A stretch of 64,000 bases of DNA, from contig JBHLLG010000005.1 of assembly GCA_048885925.1 (NCBI GenBank), positions 26,867 to 90,866 of the forward strand. The letters are read 5' to 3'. The notes beneath the pieces are model-generated. The model ran no database searches. It was not told the origin of the DNA and saw nothing but the letters and a program-made list of their open reading frames with translations. This document shows positions 39,064-50,541 of the stretch, in pieces (the first letter of the stretch is position 1; each line of letters starts with the position of its first letter). The DNA comes from Candidatus Hermodarchaeota archaeon. GTDB taxonomy: Archaea > Asgardarchaeota > Lokiarchaeia > Sigyniarchaeales > SOKP01. The position numbers were made by a program, and so were the translations under genes.

Positions 39064-41622
39064 ATGGATGAGGAAAAGCTTAAATATTACAAACTTGCCC
39101 GTTATCCCGTTTATGAAGTTTTAATGGAAGGACAAATTGCTAGTGCTGGCGCTCATCAAGCAAAATTGCTTGAGAAGTTTAGGAAGAACAATAAGTACAT
39201 AAAACATCAATATTTAGCACTTAAATTTGTTTTTGCATTTCTTTTTGTATTTTTGCCTATATTACCATTATTTGTTTTTTTAGAAAGTGCAGATTATATT
39301 AATGATGGAATGCATTCAATAAATACAATTTTTTTTGTATCCTCCTTTGCTTTAATGATATTTTTTGGGATGACAGTATTGTATATGCTAATGCTTGGTA
39401 TGGTTTCAATTAGTTCCTTTATGTCAGGTAGTGCGTTCAAGTGGTTGCAAACGCTTCCTTTTTCTAAGAAAAGCTTGAAAAAATTAGGTGTAATGACAAT
39501 CTTTCGTAGTTTAGATATCCCATTAATAATACTCATTGCTGGCTTTCCTATAATTACACTTATCGCTACACAAGACATATTGACATTTTTAATTTCTCTA
39601 CCAGCATCAATAGTAAGCGTTATTTTCAGTTTTAGTATTCTTGTTATAATTGGAGAAAAGATGAGTTATATTTTTTCAGAATCGAAAGCAAAGTCAAAAA
39701 GAGCTAGTTTAATTAGAACCATAACAATGCTAGGATATTTCATTGTAATGTTTACTACTGGATTCATTTTCACCTTGGGAATAAATGCTGTTGATGGTCT
39801 TTTCAATACTTTTTCTACATCTGAACCTCCATTTGTTTTAATTATAATTTTAAGTTTGATTCCTTTTCTATTTGCACCCGCTTTTCTAGTATCATTATCT
39901 ACTATTCAATTTCAAGTCCACCCAATTTTAATACTTACTACACTTACAGGATTTGCGTTAAGCATTATATTAGCATGGGTTTTATTCAAGACTACTCAGC
40001 GAGCTTTAAATAGTGCCGTTTCAACTGAAATAAAAATAGAAAAAGTGAAAAAACGAGAAATTGATTTCGAAATAAAATCCGTTTCACCAATTAAAGCATA
40101 TATACGCAAGGATCTAGTTTCATCAACCAGGGATATCCAGTCTTTTATGTTTTTGTTTTTTCCCATTTTTTATCCATTAATAATGTTTTTATCAATGATA
40201 GGGTTATTTAAAACGTTAACGTTCTCAATTGAGGTAATAATGCTTATATGGTCAATTCTTCTTCTTTTCTATTTAATCATTCCAGTAATGTTAGTTGTAG
40301 GTTTTTTCAATATTGAGGAATCAGGTAGTTCAACATTAGCATCATTACCAATAAGTCCACGAGATCAAATAAAAGCTAAATTAGTAATAATGTTATCAAT
40401 TCAAGGATTTTCTCTTATTTTTACTTCGATAATTCTTACTCTCTTAATAAGTTCATTTACAGTAATAATACTTCTTCTAATAACACTACCGATTGCTTGG
40501 AGCTTTCTAATATTTATGGTTGTATTGAAGATTAAATTTTTCGGACAAATGAAATATAAATATGTAATAGAGGAAGTAAACAAAAGAAATAAACCTATAA
40601 AATGGATCATAATGATCCTGTCCGAATTTGGGCTTTATTTTACAATTCTAATAATTGGAGCCAATCTAATCTTCTTTTTTGGGTTTATCATTTCATTAAT
40701 CGTTATTGGGATAATTGGTATCATAGGTTTATCAATTTTAGTATTTATTATTACCAGAATGTTCCCAAAAATCGAAAAAGTAGCAGAATATAAAACTGGT
40801 GGATTTTTGAGAGAGCATGTTAATGTTGCAACTGCTGTATTACTCATCTTATACACAATTTTTTTACTTTTACCTGGCATTATTTTTTCTCTTATAATAC
40901 CCCTATTCGCTAATTTACCGATTATTGCAATTAATTTTATATATTTTTTTATGAATGTTGGATTTTTAGTTTTATTATGGCAGATAATTGTGCCTTTTAG
41001 TTTGAAGCTTCCAAATGGGAAAGAAACTTTCAGAGAGCACTCTCGATCCATTGGGTTAAGTAGAGTAAAACCATTATCAAGAAATTTGCTAATTGGAATT
41101 GGTAGTATCATAATTTTTGGATTTTCAGCGATACTATTTGGAATACTACTTGGTAAATACTACTTTATTCCAGAGACATTATTCGGAGGATATAACTGGT
41201 TAATCTTTGTTTTTGCATTTTTACCTGGTATTTGGGAAGAGATTGCTTTTAGAGGTGTCATCTTAAATTTACAGCTCCAAAAATACAACAAATATACAGT
41301 TGTGTTTTTAAATGGCATATTATTCGGACTCTACCATTTTGTGAATATGCTTCTTGGACAGGAGTTAGTTCCAACGCTTTTTCAGGTATTTTACGCATCA
41401 TTTTTGGGATTTTCTTTTACTTATATGTATATTAAAACCCGGAGCCTACTTCCCAGTATAATTGTTCATTACTTATTAGATTCTTTAGGATTTTTATTCC
41501 AAACAGTCGTTTTCGAAAAGGGAGTGTATGAAGCTTTGTTTATAATCTTTGGACTAACAATTATTCCTTCGATCTTAATGATATTATTAACCAAACTAAT
41601 TGCTAAAAGAGATAACTTTTAA
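39064..41622 (+). CDS. ABC-2-type permease fused to a C-terminal CPBP/Abi (CAAX-like) intramembrane protease
   Basis: Polytopic; C-terminal WEEIAFRG, FGLYH and HYLLD CPBP motifs. Confidence 0.8.
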   Translation: MDEEKLKYYKLARYPVYEVLMEGQIASAGAHQAKLLEKFRKNNKYIKHQYLALKFVFAFLFVFLPILPLFVFLESADYINDGMHSINTIFFVSSFALMIFFGMTVLYMLMLGMVSISSFMSGSAFKWLQTLPFSKKSLKKLGVMTIFRSLDIPLIILIAGFPIITLIATQDILTFLISLPASIVSVIFSFSILVIIGEKMSYIFSESKAKSKRASLIRTITMLGYFIVMFTTGFIFTLGINAVDGLFNTFSTSEPPFVLIIILSLIPFLFAPAFLVSLSTIQFQVHPILILTTLTGFALSIILAWVLFKTTQRALNSAVSTEIKIEKVKKREIDFEIKSVSPIKAYIRKDLVSSTRDIQSFMFLFFPIFYPLIMFLSMIGLFKTLTFSIEVIMLIWSILLLFYLIIPVMLVVGFFNIEESGSSTLASLPISPRDQIKAKLVIMLSIQGFSLIFTSIILTLLISSFTVIILLLITLPIAWSFLIFMVVLKIKFFGQMKYKYVIEEVNKRNKPIKWIIMILSEFGLYFTILIIGANLIFFFGFIISLIVIGIIGIIGLSILVFIITRMFPKIEKVAEYKTGGFLREHVNVATAVLLILYTIFLLLPGIIFSLIIPLFANLPIIAINFIYFFMNVGFLVLLWQIIVPFSLKLPNGKETFREHSRSIGLSRVKPLSRNLLIGIGSIIIFGFSAILFGILLGKYYFIPETLFGGYNWLIFVFAFLPGIWEEIAFRGVILNLQLQKYNKYTVVFLNGILFGLYHFVNMLLGQELVPTLFQVFYASFLGFSFTYMYIKTRSLLPSIIVHYLLDSLGFLFQTVVFEKGVYEALFIIFGLTIIPSILMILLTKLIAKRDNF

Positions 41623-41728
41623 ATTATTTTAAATCTTTGATCTTTTTTTTTCCTTAATTTTCAAAATTTTTTGATTGAGAGAAATTATAGAGTTAATGCA
41701 TATATATAAAAAATATATGAAAATCTGA

Positions 41729-43033
41729 TTATTTAGTATAAGATTCATTTAATAAATATCCTATACATATTTTTAAAGTGTCCTCTAAGGCTCCTCTTTC
41801 AATTTTATCAAGAGAGTCGGTATCTTGATGGTAGAATTGTAATATGTTAAATAAATTTAATCCTGTAATGCTACTTGCCTTAATATTTGATTTTGAAAAC
41901 GCTATTGCATCCGTACCTCCTCCTATTTGTCCAATAATTTTTTCAAGAATGCTTCCTCCTCCTAAACTAGCTATTTTTGCTTTAACACTAACCAATTCTG
42001 CAGCATTAATAAGCTTTTGAACTACTTCTTCACTATGAATAGTTCTTGTAGTTGGTTCTTTATTTGAAAATGTGATATCATTTCTACTTTGAATTGCGTC
42101 TAAATTAATACATTCAGCATTGTATTTTTTTAATTCCTCTAAATGAGTTTCTACATAACGATAAGCACCCCTTAAAAAAGCTTCCTCACAGCCAAATGAA
42201 ATTAACCGAATTTCGATATTTTCTGGTATTAAATCTTTATGTAATTTAAGATATCTGCCAATTCCTAAAATTATAGCTATAGCACTTAGATTATCAACCG
42301 CACCAGGAACCTTATTAGCTCTTTCTCCAGGCATTACAAAAAAAAGCAACAATATAAGTGGTATAATCCCGATTATTAATAACCAAACAACTAAATTGAA
42401 AAAAACTCCATAAATTACACTAAGATTTATGGAAAACGTGATTAAGGCTAAAAAGAAGAAAATTATAGAGGCAGAGAACCAAATAAATAAAATTCCTAGA
42501 CCAATAAAAATCACAATTGGATAACCATATTTCAAATATTTTAAAAGATTAAATTGTAAAGCGCTATCGTGATGTCCAGAAAAAATTATAACTTTTTTTA
42601 TTACTTTCTTAGGTCTTATCTTACCAATAACGTTTTGCGACTCCTTTTCTTTAAATAAAGGATCAATAAATTCTTTATAACAAAAGAATTCCTCCCATGT
42701 GATCAAAAGCGCAAAAAGCATTAATACTGCTGATAGTGCTGCTAAAAAAAATATCCAAAATGATTCTAAAAAGACTTGGATTAAAAAGAATAGAGAAAAA
42801 GATACAAAACCCATCAAAATTACAATTTTTATCCAGCCAAGAGCAGCTCTTGGGTGACATTTAAAAGGCTCAATTTCTACATCATCACATGTTTTTTCAA
42901 GCTCTTTTTTAATAATTTCAGCGCTTTTAGCTTCTTGAGGACTACAGGGCATTCGTGGACCGCACTCATCAATTATCTTTTGTATAAAGTTATACATATA
43001 CTCTGAATCTTCTTCTAGTATATTAATTTCCAT
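41729..43033 (-). CDS. Membrane-embedded M28 family peptidase
   Basis: GHHDS, GAVDN, GCEE, LD, GTD, YHQ..D; inserted TM hairpins. Confidence 0.85.
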   Translation of the reverse strand: MEINILEEDSEYMYNFIQKIIDECGPRMPCSPQEAKSAEIIKKELEKTCDDVEIEPFKCHPRAALGWIKIVILMGFVSFSLFFLIQVFLESFWIFFLAALSAVLMLFALLITWEEFFCYKEFIDPLFKEKESQNVIGKIRPKKVIKKVIIFSGHHDSALQFNLLKYLKYGYPIVIFIGLGILFIWFSASIIFFFLALITFSINLSVIYGVFFNLVVWLLIIGIIPLILLLFFVMPGERANKVPGAVDNLSAIAIILGIGRYLKLHKDLIPENIEIRLISFGCEEAFLRGAYRYVETHLEELKKYNAECINLDAIQSRNDITFSNKEPTTRTIHSEEVVQKLINAAELVSVKAKIASLGGGSILEKIIGQIGGGTDAIAFSKSNIKASSITGLNLFNILQFYHQDTDSLDKIERGALEDTLKICIGYLLNESYTK

Positions 43034-43116
43034 AAAATCCGCTTAGAAATATTTGAAATACAATTTTTAAAAGTAAATTTAAATGTAAAAGTAATTAAAA
43101 TTTTAAAAAGCTATTC

Positions 43117-44397
43117 TTAAGATTTTGATTCATTTAATAAGAATCCTATACAAATTTTTAATGCATTTTCTAAAGTTCCTTTTTTAATTTTATCTAAAGT
43201 GTCTGAAGATTGATGGTAATAACTGGAACGTGTTTTCCAATCTGCTGAATTTAAAAAACCAGCTTTAAGTCCTGCTTTAGAAAATGCTGCTGCATCAGAT
43301 CCCCCACTTAAACGTCCTAATGTTTTCTCTAATTTTCCCGCACCTAATCGCTTTGCTTTAATATCAACTAATTCTGTTGCTTTTAATAATTTTTGAATTA
43401 TTTCCTCTGAATGCCTAGTTCTTGTAGTTGGTTCGTATTCTATTATATGAAAGCCATCAGACGTCTCTAGTCCATCCATATTTACTACTTGGGTATCGTA
43501 TTTATTTAACTCATCAAGGTGAGCGTTTACATACCTAAATGATCCCCTTAACCCAGCTTCTTCACAACCAAAACTTATTAGTTTTATTTCTGTGTTATTT
43601 GGAATTATTTCCCTATGATCTTTAAGATATCTTCCTATTCCTTGAACTACAGAACAACTGCTGAGATTATCTACCGCACCTGGAACTACATTACCCTTAT
43701 CTCCTAAAGGTACAAAAAAATACAGTCCAATAATACAAGGGCTTCCTATTATAAGAGTCCAAATCATTACTATTAAAAATATTGACTTCAAATTAAAAAA
43801 ACCAATAAGAATAAAGATTAAATTCAGAAATGATATAACCAACCACATAAATATTATAAATATCCCTCCAAATGCAATAGGAATAAATTTCCATCCTAAA
43901 TATTTCAATAGTTTAAATTCTATAGCTGTATCCATATGACTTGAAAAAATAATAATTTTTTTTAATTCTCCTTTTGGCTTAAACGTCCCAATTATATTTT
44001 TAGAACGCTTTTTGCGAAATAGCGGGTCAATAAACTCATTATAGTTAAAAAATTCTTCCCACATAATCAAAAATGGGAATAATACTAGTAGAAAGGAAAT
44101 TATAGCTATAATTAATAACCAAAAATAGCTAGTAAAAAGTTGATTCAAAAAGTATAAAAAGATCGATATTAAGATCATAATCATATCCAGCTTAATCCAT
44201 CCTAAAAATGCTTTTGGATGACAAGTAAATTCTTCTTCTGAAACTTGATCACAATGCTTTTCAAATTCTAATTTGATAATTTTTGCTGCTTCTGCTTCTT
44301 GGGAACTACAAGGTATTCTAGGACCAATTTCATCAATGATCCGCTGAGCAAAACTATGCATATATTTAGCATCATCTTTAGAAACTTCAATATTCAT
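43117..44397 (-). CDS. Membrane-embedded M28 family peptidase (tandem paralog)
   Basis: SHMDT, GAVDN, GCEE, MD, GSD, YHQ..D. Confidence 0.85.
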   Translation of the reverse strand: MNIEVSKDDAKYMHSFAQRIIDEIGPRIPCSSQEAEAAKIIKLEFEKHCDQVSEEEFTCHPKAFLGWIKLDMIMILISIFLYFLNQLFTSYFWLLIIAIISFLLVLFPFLIMWEEFFNYNEFIDPLFRKKRSKNIIGTFKPKGELKKIIIFSSHMDTAIEFKLLKYLGWKFIPIAFGGIFIIFMWLVISFLNLIFILIGFFNLKSIFLIVMIWTLIIGSPCIIGLYFFVPLGDKGNVVPGAVDNLSSCSVVQGIGRYLKDHREIIPNNTEIKLISFGCEEAGLRGSFRYVNAHLDELNKYDTQVVNMDGLETSDGFHIIEYEPTTRTRHSEEIIQKLLKATELVDIKAKRLGAGKLEKTLGRLSGGSDAAAFSKAGLKAGFLNSADWKTRSSYYHQSSDTLDKIKKGTLENALKICIGFLLNESKS

Positions 44398-44501
44398 GAT
44401 TTATCTAATTTTTTGTATAAAAAAATTTTTAATGTATTCAATAAGAAATAATCAAAAAGAAGTTTTTTTAAAATATGTTAATCCAAATTTAGGAGAAAGA
44501 A

Positions 44502-45224
44502 ATGATCTCATTAGAAGGACAATTTGTGTGTCAAAAGTGTGGGTATAATATGATAGGGTATTACCCTAAATTATGTCCTTTCTGTGGGACCTCAAACGAA
44601 AATTTTATTACCGCAGAAGAGTGTTCTAAGAGATATAAAATTATGAGTTCTAAAGTAAATGATAATATAAGCCGTTTAAACTCATACCCCCCTTTAGGAC
44701 TTGAGCATTCTGCTTATTGTATTAAAGTTAATAATAGCAGGATTTGGATTGATTGTCCATCTACGTTTAAAAAAGATTTAGATCCAATGGATAAGATATT
44801 ATTTACGCACCATCATTTTCTTGGAGCCTCTAATCTTTATAGAGGATATTATACAGCATTTATTTGGATTCATGAAAATGATTCAAAGCATTCACTTGTA
44901 AAGAATTATCATTTTGACAGAAAATTTACCCAAAATTTTAAGCTTTCTGGAATTGAAGCATTTCATATTGATGGACATACATCAGGTTTCACCTTTTATA
45001 TTTTTGAAAATGTTATTTTTGTATGTGATTATTTAATAAAAATGGGGGATAGCCTTTCTTTAAATCCTTACTCTCCATTACAATTAATAAGAGAAGGAGC
45101 GATGAAATTAAGAGAAATCATTAAAAACAGAGAAACAGAGATAGTTTGTGGTGTTAATTACGTAATGGAGTATCAAATTTGGAAAAATGAGTTTATTAAT
45201 CTGCTTGATTTCAAAAGCTCTTAG
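44502..45224 (+). CDS. Rubredoxin-like Zn/Fe ribbon + metallo-beta-lactamase-fold protein
   Basis: CQKCG...CPFCG; THHHF, GHTSG, CD. Confidence 0.7.
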   Translation: MISLEGQFVCQKCGYNMIGYYPKLCPFCGTSNENFITAEECSKRYKIMSSKVNDNISRLNSYPPLGLEHSAYCIKVNNSRIWIDCPSTFKKDLDPMDKILFTHHHFLGASNLYRGYYTAFIWIHENDSKHSLVKNYHFDRKFTQNFKLSGIEAFHIDGHTSGFTFYIFENVIFVCDYLIKMGDSLSLNPYSPLQLIREGAMKLREIIKNRETEIVCGVNYVMEYQIWKNEFINLLDFKSS

Positions 45225-45462
45225 TATTAAAAAAATTAGTACTTATCGACTAAATTTGATCAGAGAATTTATTAGGCGTAATATTTCAGAAAATTTAGTT
45301 TCAAAAATCAAGAAGAGAGTTGGAGAATTCTTAAGTATTATTTAATTATCTTAAATTGAGTTTGCTTATTTGTTTTTTATAGGAAAAATAAAATACCGAT
45401 CATTAATTATTTTAAAAAAGCAAATTAAAATTGTAAACTAATTTAGATGGAGTGGTCTAAAA

Positions 45463-46257
45463 ATGGTGGTAGTAGGTGATTGGGGCTTTCAAAATAGATT
45501 AAATAGGATTATCAAGCCTAAATCAGGAAGATGTGTTATGTTTGCAATTGATCATGGTTATTTTGGAAATATACCAGGGCAATTGAAATGCTTTAGTGAT
45601 ATGAATCCCTTATTTGAATATGCTGATGCCTTAATGCTAACAAGAGGAATGCTTAGAAATTGTGTACCTGCTGAACTCGATGTTCCTGTTGTTTTAAGAG
45701 TTTCTGCTGGTGCAAGTATGCTTAAGGAACTTTCAAATGAAGAAATTAATGTTTCAATAGAGGACGCTATAAGATTGAATGTATCTGCTGTTACATGTTC
45801 GATTTTTGTAGGTGGAGAATATGAAAAGCAAACACTTATGAATCTATCTAAACTCGTGAATGAGGCAAATTCTTACGGCATTCCTACTCTCGCAGTCACA
45901 GCTGTAGGTAGAGAAATGGTAAGAGATGCCCGATACCTTGGCATGGCAAGTAGAATGGCAGCAGAATTAGGTGCTACATTTGTAAAAACATATTATTGTG
46001 AAAATTTTGAGGAGGTTACAAGCATATGTCCAGCACCCGTAGTTATCGCAGGTGGGAAGAAGATCGAGGAGAGAGACGCATTACAAATGAGTAAGAATGC
46101 TATCGATGCTGGAGCCGTAGGAGTTGATATGGGAAGAAATATATTCCAAAGCGATTCTCCTATAGGAATGATTAAAGCGGTTCGAGCTATTGTTCATGAA
46201 AATACTTCAGTAGACGAAGCTTATGAAATTTATAAACAAGGTCCTAAAGGTTTATAA
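45463..46257 (+). CDS. lsrF: LsrF-like class I aldolase/thiolase
   Basis: FAIDHGY, AELGATFVKTYY, VIAGGKK, GVDMGRNIFQS. Confidence 0.85.
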   Translation: MVVVGDWGFQNRLNRIIKPKSGRCVMFAIDHGYFGNIPGQLKCFSDMNPLFEYADALMLTRGMLRNCVPAELDVPVVLRVSAGASMLKELSNEEINVSIEDAIRLNVSAVTCSIFVGGEYEKQTLMNLSKLVNEANSYGIPTLAVTAVGREMVRDARYLGMASRMAAELGATFVKTYYCENFEEVTSICPAPVVIAGGKKIEERDALQMSKNAIDAGAVGVDMGRNIFQSDSPIGMIKAVRAIVHENTSVDEAYEIYKQGPKGL

Positions 46258-46401
46258 TTATTTTTTATTTTCTTTTTTTCTATTAATGATCAATTTTCCT
46301 ATTAATCCTAATATCAAAGTGATTTGTATCTTTTTATATTAGGGAAAATAATTATTCAAGATTATTAATTTAAAAGAAATCTATAAAAGGTGTTATAAAA
46401 A

Positions 46402-46806
46402 ATGACTGAAGAAATTCAAAAATTCACAAAATTAACTTTTATAATCCATTTTGTAATAGCACTTATCTTTACAATCTTATTTTTTATGCCTGATATCTCT
46501 GTGCCGATATACGGAATGACTGTAACAGATGAGGTTCATGCTATAACTTTAACATTAGCTTCTGCTTTTGTGGGATTTACGGTGAGCTCTCTATTTGGAA
46601 TCATGGCTAAAGAATGGAAACAAGTTAAAATTGTGGTAATTCTTGAAATTGTTTGGCTAGTCGCTAATTTAATTACAATGATTATTAGTTTTAGCGTATA
46701 TGACGTATTGATGGCCGTATTAACACTTTTAATCACAATAGTCTTGCTATTACTTTTTATATTGACTTTTCTCCAACAGGAAGATAAAATGAAAGTACTA
46801 TTATAG
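46402..46806 (+). CDS. Small 4-TM membrane protein
   Basis: Four hydrophobic segments; AAGGTG upstream. Confidence 0.7.
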   Translation: MTEEIQKFTKLTFIIHFVIALIFTILFFMPDISVPIYGMTVTDEVHAITLTLASAFVGFTVSSLFGIMAKEWKQVKIVVILEIVWLVANLITMIISFSVYDVLMAVLTLLITIVLLLLFILTFLQQEDKMKVLL

Positions 46807-46973
46807 CAGAACATAGAAAAATACAATTTTTAATTAAAATTTTTTTTTCTTATTTATAATTTTCAAAAATCCTATTATATTATTAGAAATTTAGCTTTTT
46901 TTAGAGTCAACTTATTAAATTTTACTTTATTTTTTAAAGCAATTGGGTCAAGATATCAAGATTAATTATTTCG

Positions 46974-47939
46974 ATGCCCCTTATAAGAATAGATAACCTT
47001 GAAATTAGAAAAGTAACAAAAGATATTTTATTAATACATCAAATAAAAGTACCATACTTATTTTCCTGCTGTGATGGACTTCTTATTTTACCTAGAAAAG
47101 GTCGAAATAAACATACAATATCACTTGATTTAAATATCGAACCTAAATATATTGAAATTATAAATAATAATTTTGGTCCTGTTTCGAATCATGTTTGCAC
47201 TCATGCGCATATAGATCACACTTCTCATGTGCATGCTTGGGAGAAAAGTGGAACAATTATTCATGCCCCTCAACCTGAAGCAGATTACCTATTAGATCTT
47301 CAAAATTTTTACAAAGGTTTTGGTTTTGATGAAGCAATGGATTATATTTCTGTAGAAAAATTTGGTGAATTAAATGGATTTCAGAATTGTAAAAATGTAC
47401 AACCTTTCGAACCAGGTAAATTACTTGAATTTGAAAATTTTTGTGTTAATACTATCCCGTTTCCAGGACACTCAAAAGCACATATTGGTTTTTTCTTACC
47501 TACCGAAAAAATATTACATATTAGTTGTTTAGGATTTGATAAGCCAAAACCTGAAATTGATGGTTTTGGTCCTTGGTATGGATTCAAACAAGCCTCAATT
47601 GAACAATACATCGAAGATATTAATCTTGCAGAATCTATTTTTTTGAATGATGCAAAATACTTAACTTCAAGTCATTCTTATATTGTCAAAAATCCAGATA
47701 TATATCCATTTGAATATATGAGAACGAAGATTGAGGAAAACCAACAAAAAGTCAATAAAGCTTTAAGTATCTTAGGGTTTTTAAATATATCTGAAGATGA
47801 TGCTGTTTCTCAATTACTTAAGATGGATATATTTTTTCCAAAAAGAAAGTTAAAAGGCTTTCTATTGGAAATATATACTTTATGGGAATCTTGGATAATT
47901 CGGAAGCAAATTCAGAGAAGTGAATTCTTCAACAAATAG
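46974..47939 (+). CDS. Metallo-beta-lactamase-fold hydrolase
   Basis: THAHIDH, PGHS, SSH. Confidence 0.85.
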   Translation: MPLIRIDNLEIRKVTKDILLIHQIKVPYLFSCCDGLLILPRKGRNKHTISLDLNIEPKYIEIINNNFGPVSNHVCTHAHIDHTSHVHAWEKSGTIIHAPQPEADYLLDLQNFYKGFGFDEAMDYISVEKFGELNGFQNCKNVQPFEPGKLLEFENFCVNTIPFPGHSKAHIGFFLPTEKILHISCLGFDKPKPEIDGFGPWYGFKQASIEQYIEDINLAESIFLNDAKYLTSSHSYIVKNPDIYPFEYMRTKIEENQQKVNKALSILGFLNISEDDAVSQLLKMDIFFPKRKLKGFLLEIYTLWESWIIRKQIQRSEFFNK

Positions 47940-47951
47940 AAATTTTAAGAA

Positions 47952-49001
47952 TTATTCTTCTTCAAATTCCATAATAACTTTAATAGATTCACCCGCTTCA
48001 CATACTACTTTAAAAGCTTCGCCAACCTTACTGAGTGGAAATCTGTGAGTAATTAAATCTACTACATTAATTCTTTTAGAAAGTATCCAATTGTAGGCTT
48101 CATCTAAATCTTCGGGAGCCGCACCATAAGAAGTCATAATGGTAATCTCATTTCTCCAATATTGATTTATAGGTACATTGAGGAAGACCGATGGTTCTGG
48201 AACCGCAAAAAAAATAATTTTACCACCAGGTGCAGCACATTCTAAAGCTTGGTTTGCTGCTGATACAGCTCCAGTACATACTATGACAACATCGGCTAAT
48301 CTATATTTATTAATCTTTTTTATTTCTTCAGGTATATCTTTTTTTGCGCGAAAAATTTCATCAGCCCCAAATTCTTTTGCTTTTTGTAAGCGGAATTCAT
48401 TAATATCGGTTGCAATTACTTTGTCAGCCCCTCTAAGTTTTGCTAATTTTATGTGTAATAATCCAGATACGCCACATCCTAATATTAAAACTGTTAATCC
48501 TTTCTTAATATTTGCTAAACGTTGTGCGCGACATACACACCCTAAGGGTTCGACAAAGACTGCTTCTTCATATGAAACACTCTTATCTAAAATATAAACT
48601 CCCTTTTTTTCTATATTGATATTTGGTATTCTGACATATTCAGCAAAACCACCAGGATCGAAATTTGTGTTATGAAAAAGATGACAGGCGGTATAATGAC
48701 TCATTTTACAGAGATGACATTCAAAACAAGGTACATGGTGGGAAACAAATACACGATCTCCAACTTTTAGATGCTTTATAGATTCACCTTTCTCTACAAT
48801 ATCTCCTGCAATTTCATGACCCAGAATTAGAGAATTAACTCCTAATTTTTTCATTTTAGCCTTTCTATAATATTCTAGGATGTCAGATCCACAGATACCG
48901 GATTTTTTTACCTTAACTAAAAATTCATCTGAGCCAATATTTGGTGTAGGTATTTCGTCTATTCTTACATCTTCATTACTATAATATCGTGCAACTCTCA
49001 T
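47952..49001 (-). CDS. Zn-dependent medium-chain alcohol/polyol dehydrogenase
   Basis: GICGSD, GHE, CFECHLC...C, GCGVSG. Confidence 0.92.
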   Translation of the reverse strand: MRVARYYSNEDVRIDEIPTPNIGSDEFLVKVKKSGICGSDILEYYRKAKMKKLGVNSLILGHEIAGDIVEKGESIKHLKVGDRVFVSHHVPCFECHLCKMSHYTACHLFHNTNFDPGGFAEYVRIPNINIEKKGVYILDKSVSYEEAVFVEPLGCVCRAQRLANIKKGLTVLILGCGVSGLLHIKLAKLRGADKVIATDINEFRLQKAKEFGADEIFRAKKDIPEEIKKINKYRLADVVIVCTGAVSAANQALECAAPGGKIIFFAVPEPSVFLNVPINQYWRNEITIMTSYGAAPEDLDEAYNWILSKRINVVDLITHRFPLSKVGEAFKVVCEAGESIKVIMEFEEE

Positions 49002-49168
49002 AATACAACTATTAAATACTAATTATTGAGATCGATTTAATGTGTGATTAATTATAACTTTTAAATTAAAGTTATTTTATAGGTTTATCTATTAACTAAA
49101 GCGAAAAAGTCCACATCGAATTAATTAAAAATGAAATAGAAAAAATAGAAGGATTTCGATTAAAGCTA

Positions 49169-49807
49169 TTATCTTGCAAATCTTCTTCTTAATAATTTAA
49201 ATGCGATATCAGTTCCCATACCTTGATTATAAGCTAACTCAATCCAGAGCATAGCAAGGGGTTCTGTAAGTCTAGCATTTTTAAGTGGTCCAACATCGAT
49301 AACATCAAACCCAAGATCGATTCCTAATTGCCTTACTTTTGATTTTGCTTCTTTATCATCTCCACAAATAAATAAACTTGCGTTTTGGGAACCAAATTGT
49401 ATTTTATCTAAACTTTCTACTCCAATTGTATGAACTGCCTTTATTACTTTCGCCCCTACTGCCCATTTTGCCACTTTTTCTGCTGCAGATGGAGTGGGTT
49501 GTATTAGAGGTCCTCCTAAATGTGGTGCCGCAGTAGTAGTAGAATCTATAATAATCTTTCCATTTAAATCTCCTGCTGTTTTAATTGAATCTTTTGCTCC
49601 TGACCATGGGACTGCAAGAATGATAACTTCTCCAAATTTAGCAGCTTCTTGATAACTTCCGCCGCTTGCATTAGATCCGATTGAATTAGCAAACTTTTTT
49701 GCTTTCTGAGGATCCTTAGAACCAAACATTATTATATGCCCCTTCTCTGCCCAAATTTTACCTAAGGTAGTTCCTAATCTTCCTGTCCCGATAATTGCTA
49801 TTTTCAT
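49169..49807 (-). CDS. F420-dependent NADP oxidoreductase (Fno) family protein
   Basis: IAIIGTGRLG, LAVPW, ICGDD, DVGPL. Confidence 0.82.
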   Translation of the reverse strand: MKIAIIGTGRLGTTLGKIWAEKGHIIMFGSKDPQKAKKFANSIGSNASGGSYQEAAKFGEVIILAVPWSGAKDSIKTAGDLNGKIIIDSTTTAAPHLGGPLIQPTPSAAEKVAKWAVGAKVIKAVHTIGVESLDKIQFGSQNASLFICGDDKEAKSKVRQLGIDLGFDVIDVGPLKNARLTEPLAMLWIELAYNQGMGTDIAFKLLRRRFAR

Positions 49808-49927
49808 TATTTTTACCTTTATATCTATTTTTGTTATATGAATATAATTTCCGAATTTCTTTTTTCTAATTGTAAATAAACCAGTTGACTATTTATATCT
49901 TAAGTTATATATTAGTCATCTTAGAAA

Positions 49928-50521
49928 TTAAGAAAATTCCTTAACTAGTGTGTTAAGTATTTGCACAGCTCTTGATAGATTGAAAATTCCGCAAACACAA
50001 GGTTTTTTTAATCTATTTGCAGCATTTTCTACCGAAATTTTTCCGTTTTTAATTAATTTTACATAATATTCAATAGATTGTGGTGAGATACAATGATGTC
50101 CACACATAGTTGTAATTTCTAAGATCTTTTCACTGGGTAATAATTCTTTTTTCCCGAAAGTACCTAAAGAGAGATGAATAGTATGTAAATCTAAGTCAAT
50201 TTCTTTGGCAATTTTTTTAATTTCAGTTATCAATCCACTTACTACAACTGAAATACCTAAATTATTTTTCTTTAGAAGTGTTAGAGCCTTTTTCACTGAT
50301 TCTATATTATTAAAATTCGCTGTTATTATAGGAGAAACCTTCCATAACTCTTTTGCCAGCATATTTATTGGATTGCATTCTTCTATTAATTCCCCAACTC
50401 TCAACAATTTAGAGCGTGAGTCTGGATATTTATCGTTAATGTCTGCTGCTAGCATAGCTAAAATTACATAATCTGCATGTAAATCTTCAACGCTTCCTTT
50501 TCTGTGTAATGTATGAGTCAA
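49928..50521 (-). CDS. Cys/His-containing conserved protein, partner of the adjacent Fe-S protein
   Basis: MTHTLHR, TMCGHHCIS and PCVCGIFN motifs. Confidence 0.7.
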   Translation of the reverse strand: MTHTLHRKGSVEDLHADYVILAMLAADINDKYPDSRSKLLRVGELIEECNPINMLAKELWKVSPIITANFNNIESVKKALTLLKKNNLGISVVVSGLITEIKKIAKEIDLDLHTIHLSLGTFGKKELLPSEKILEITTMCGHHCISPQSIEYYVKLIKNGKISVENAANRLKKPCVCGIFNLSRAVQILNTLVKEFS

Positions 50522-50541
50522 ATTCTTACCCTCTCTTTTTT

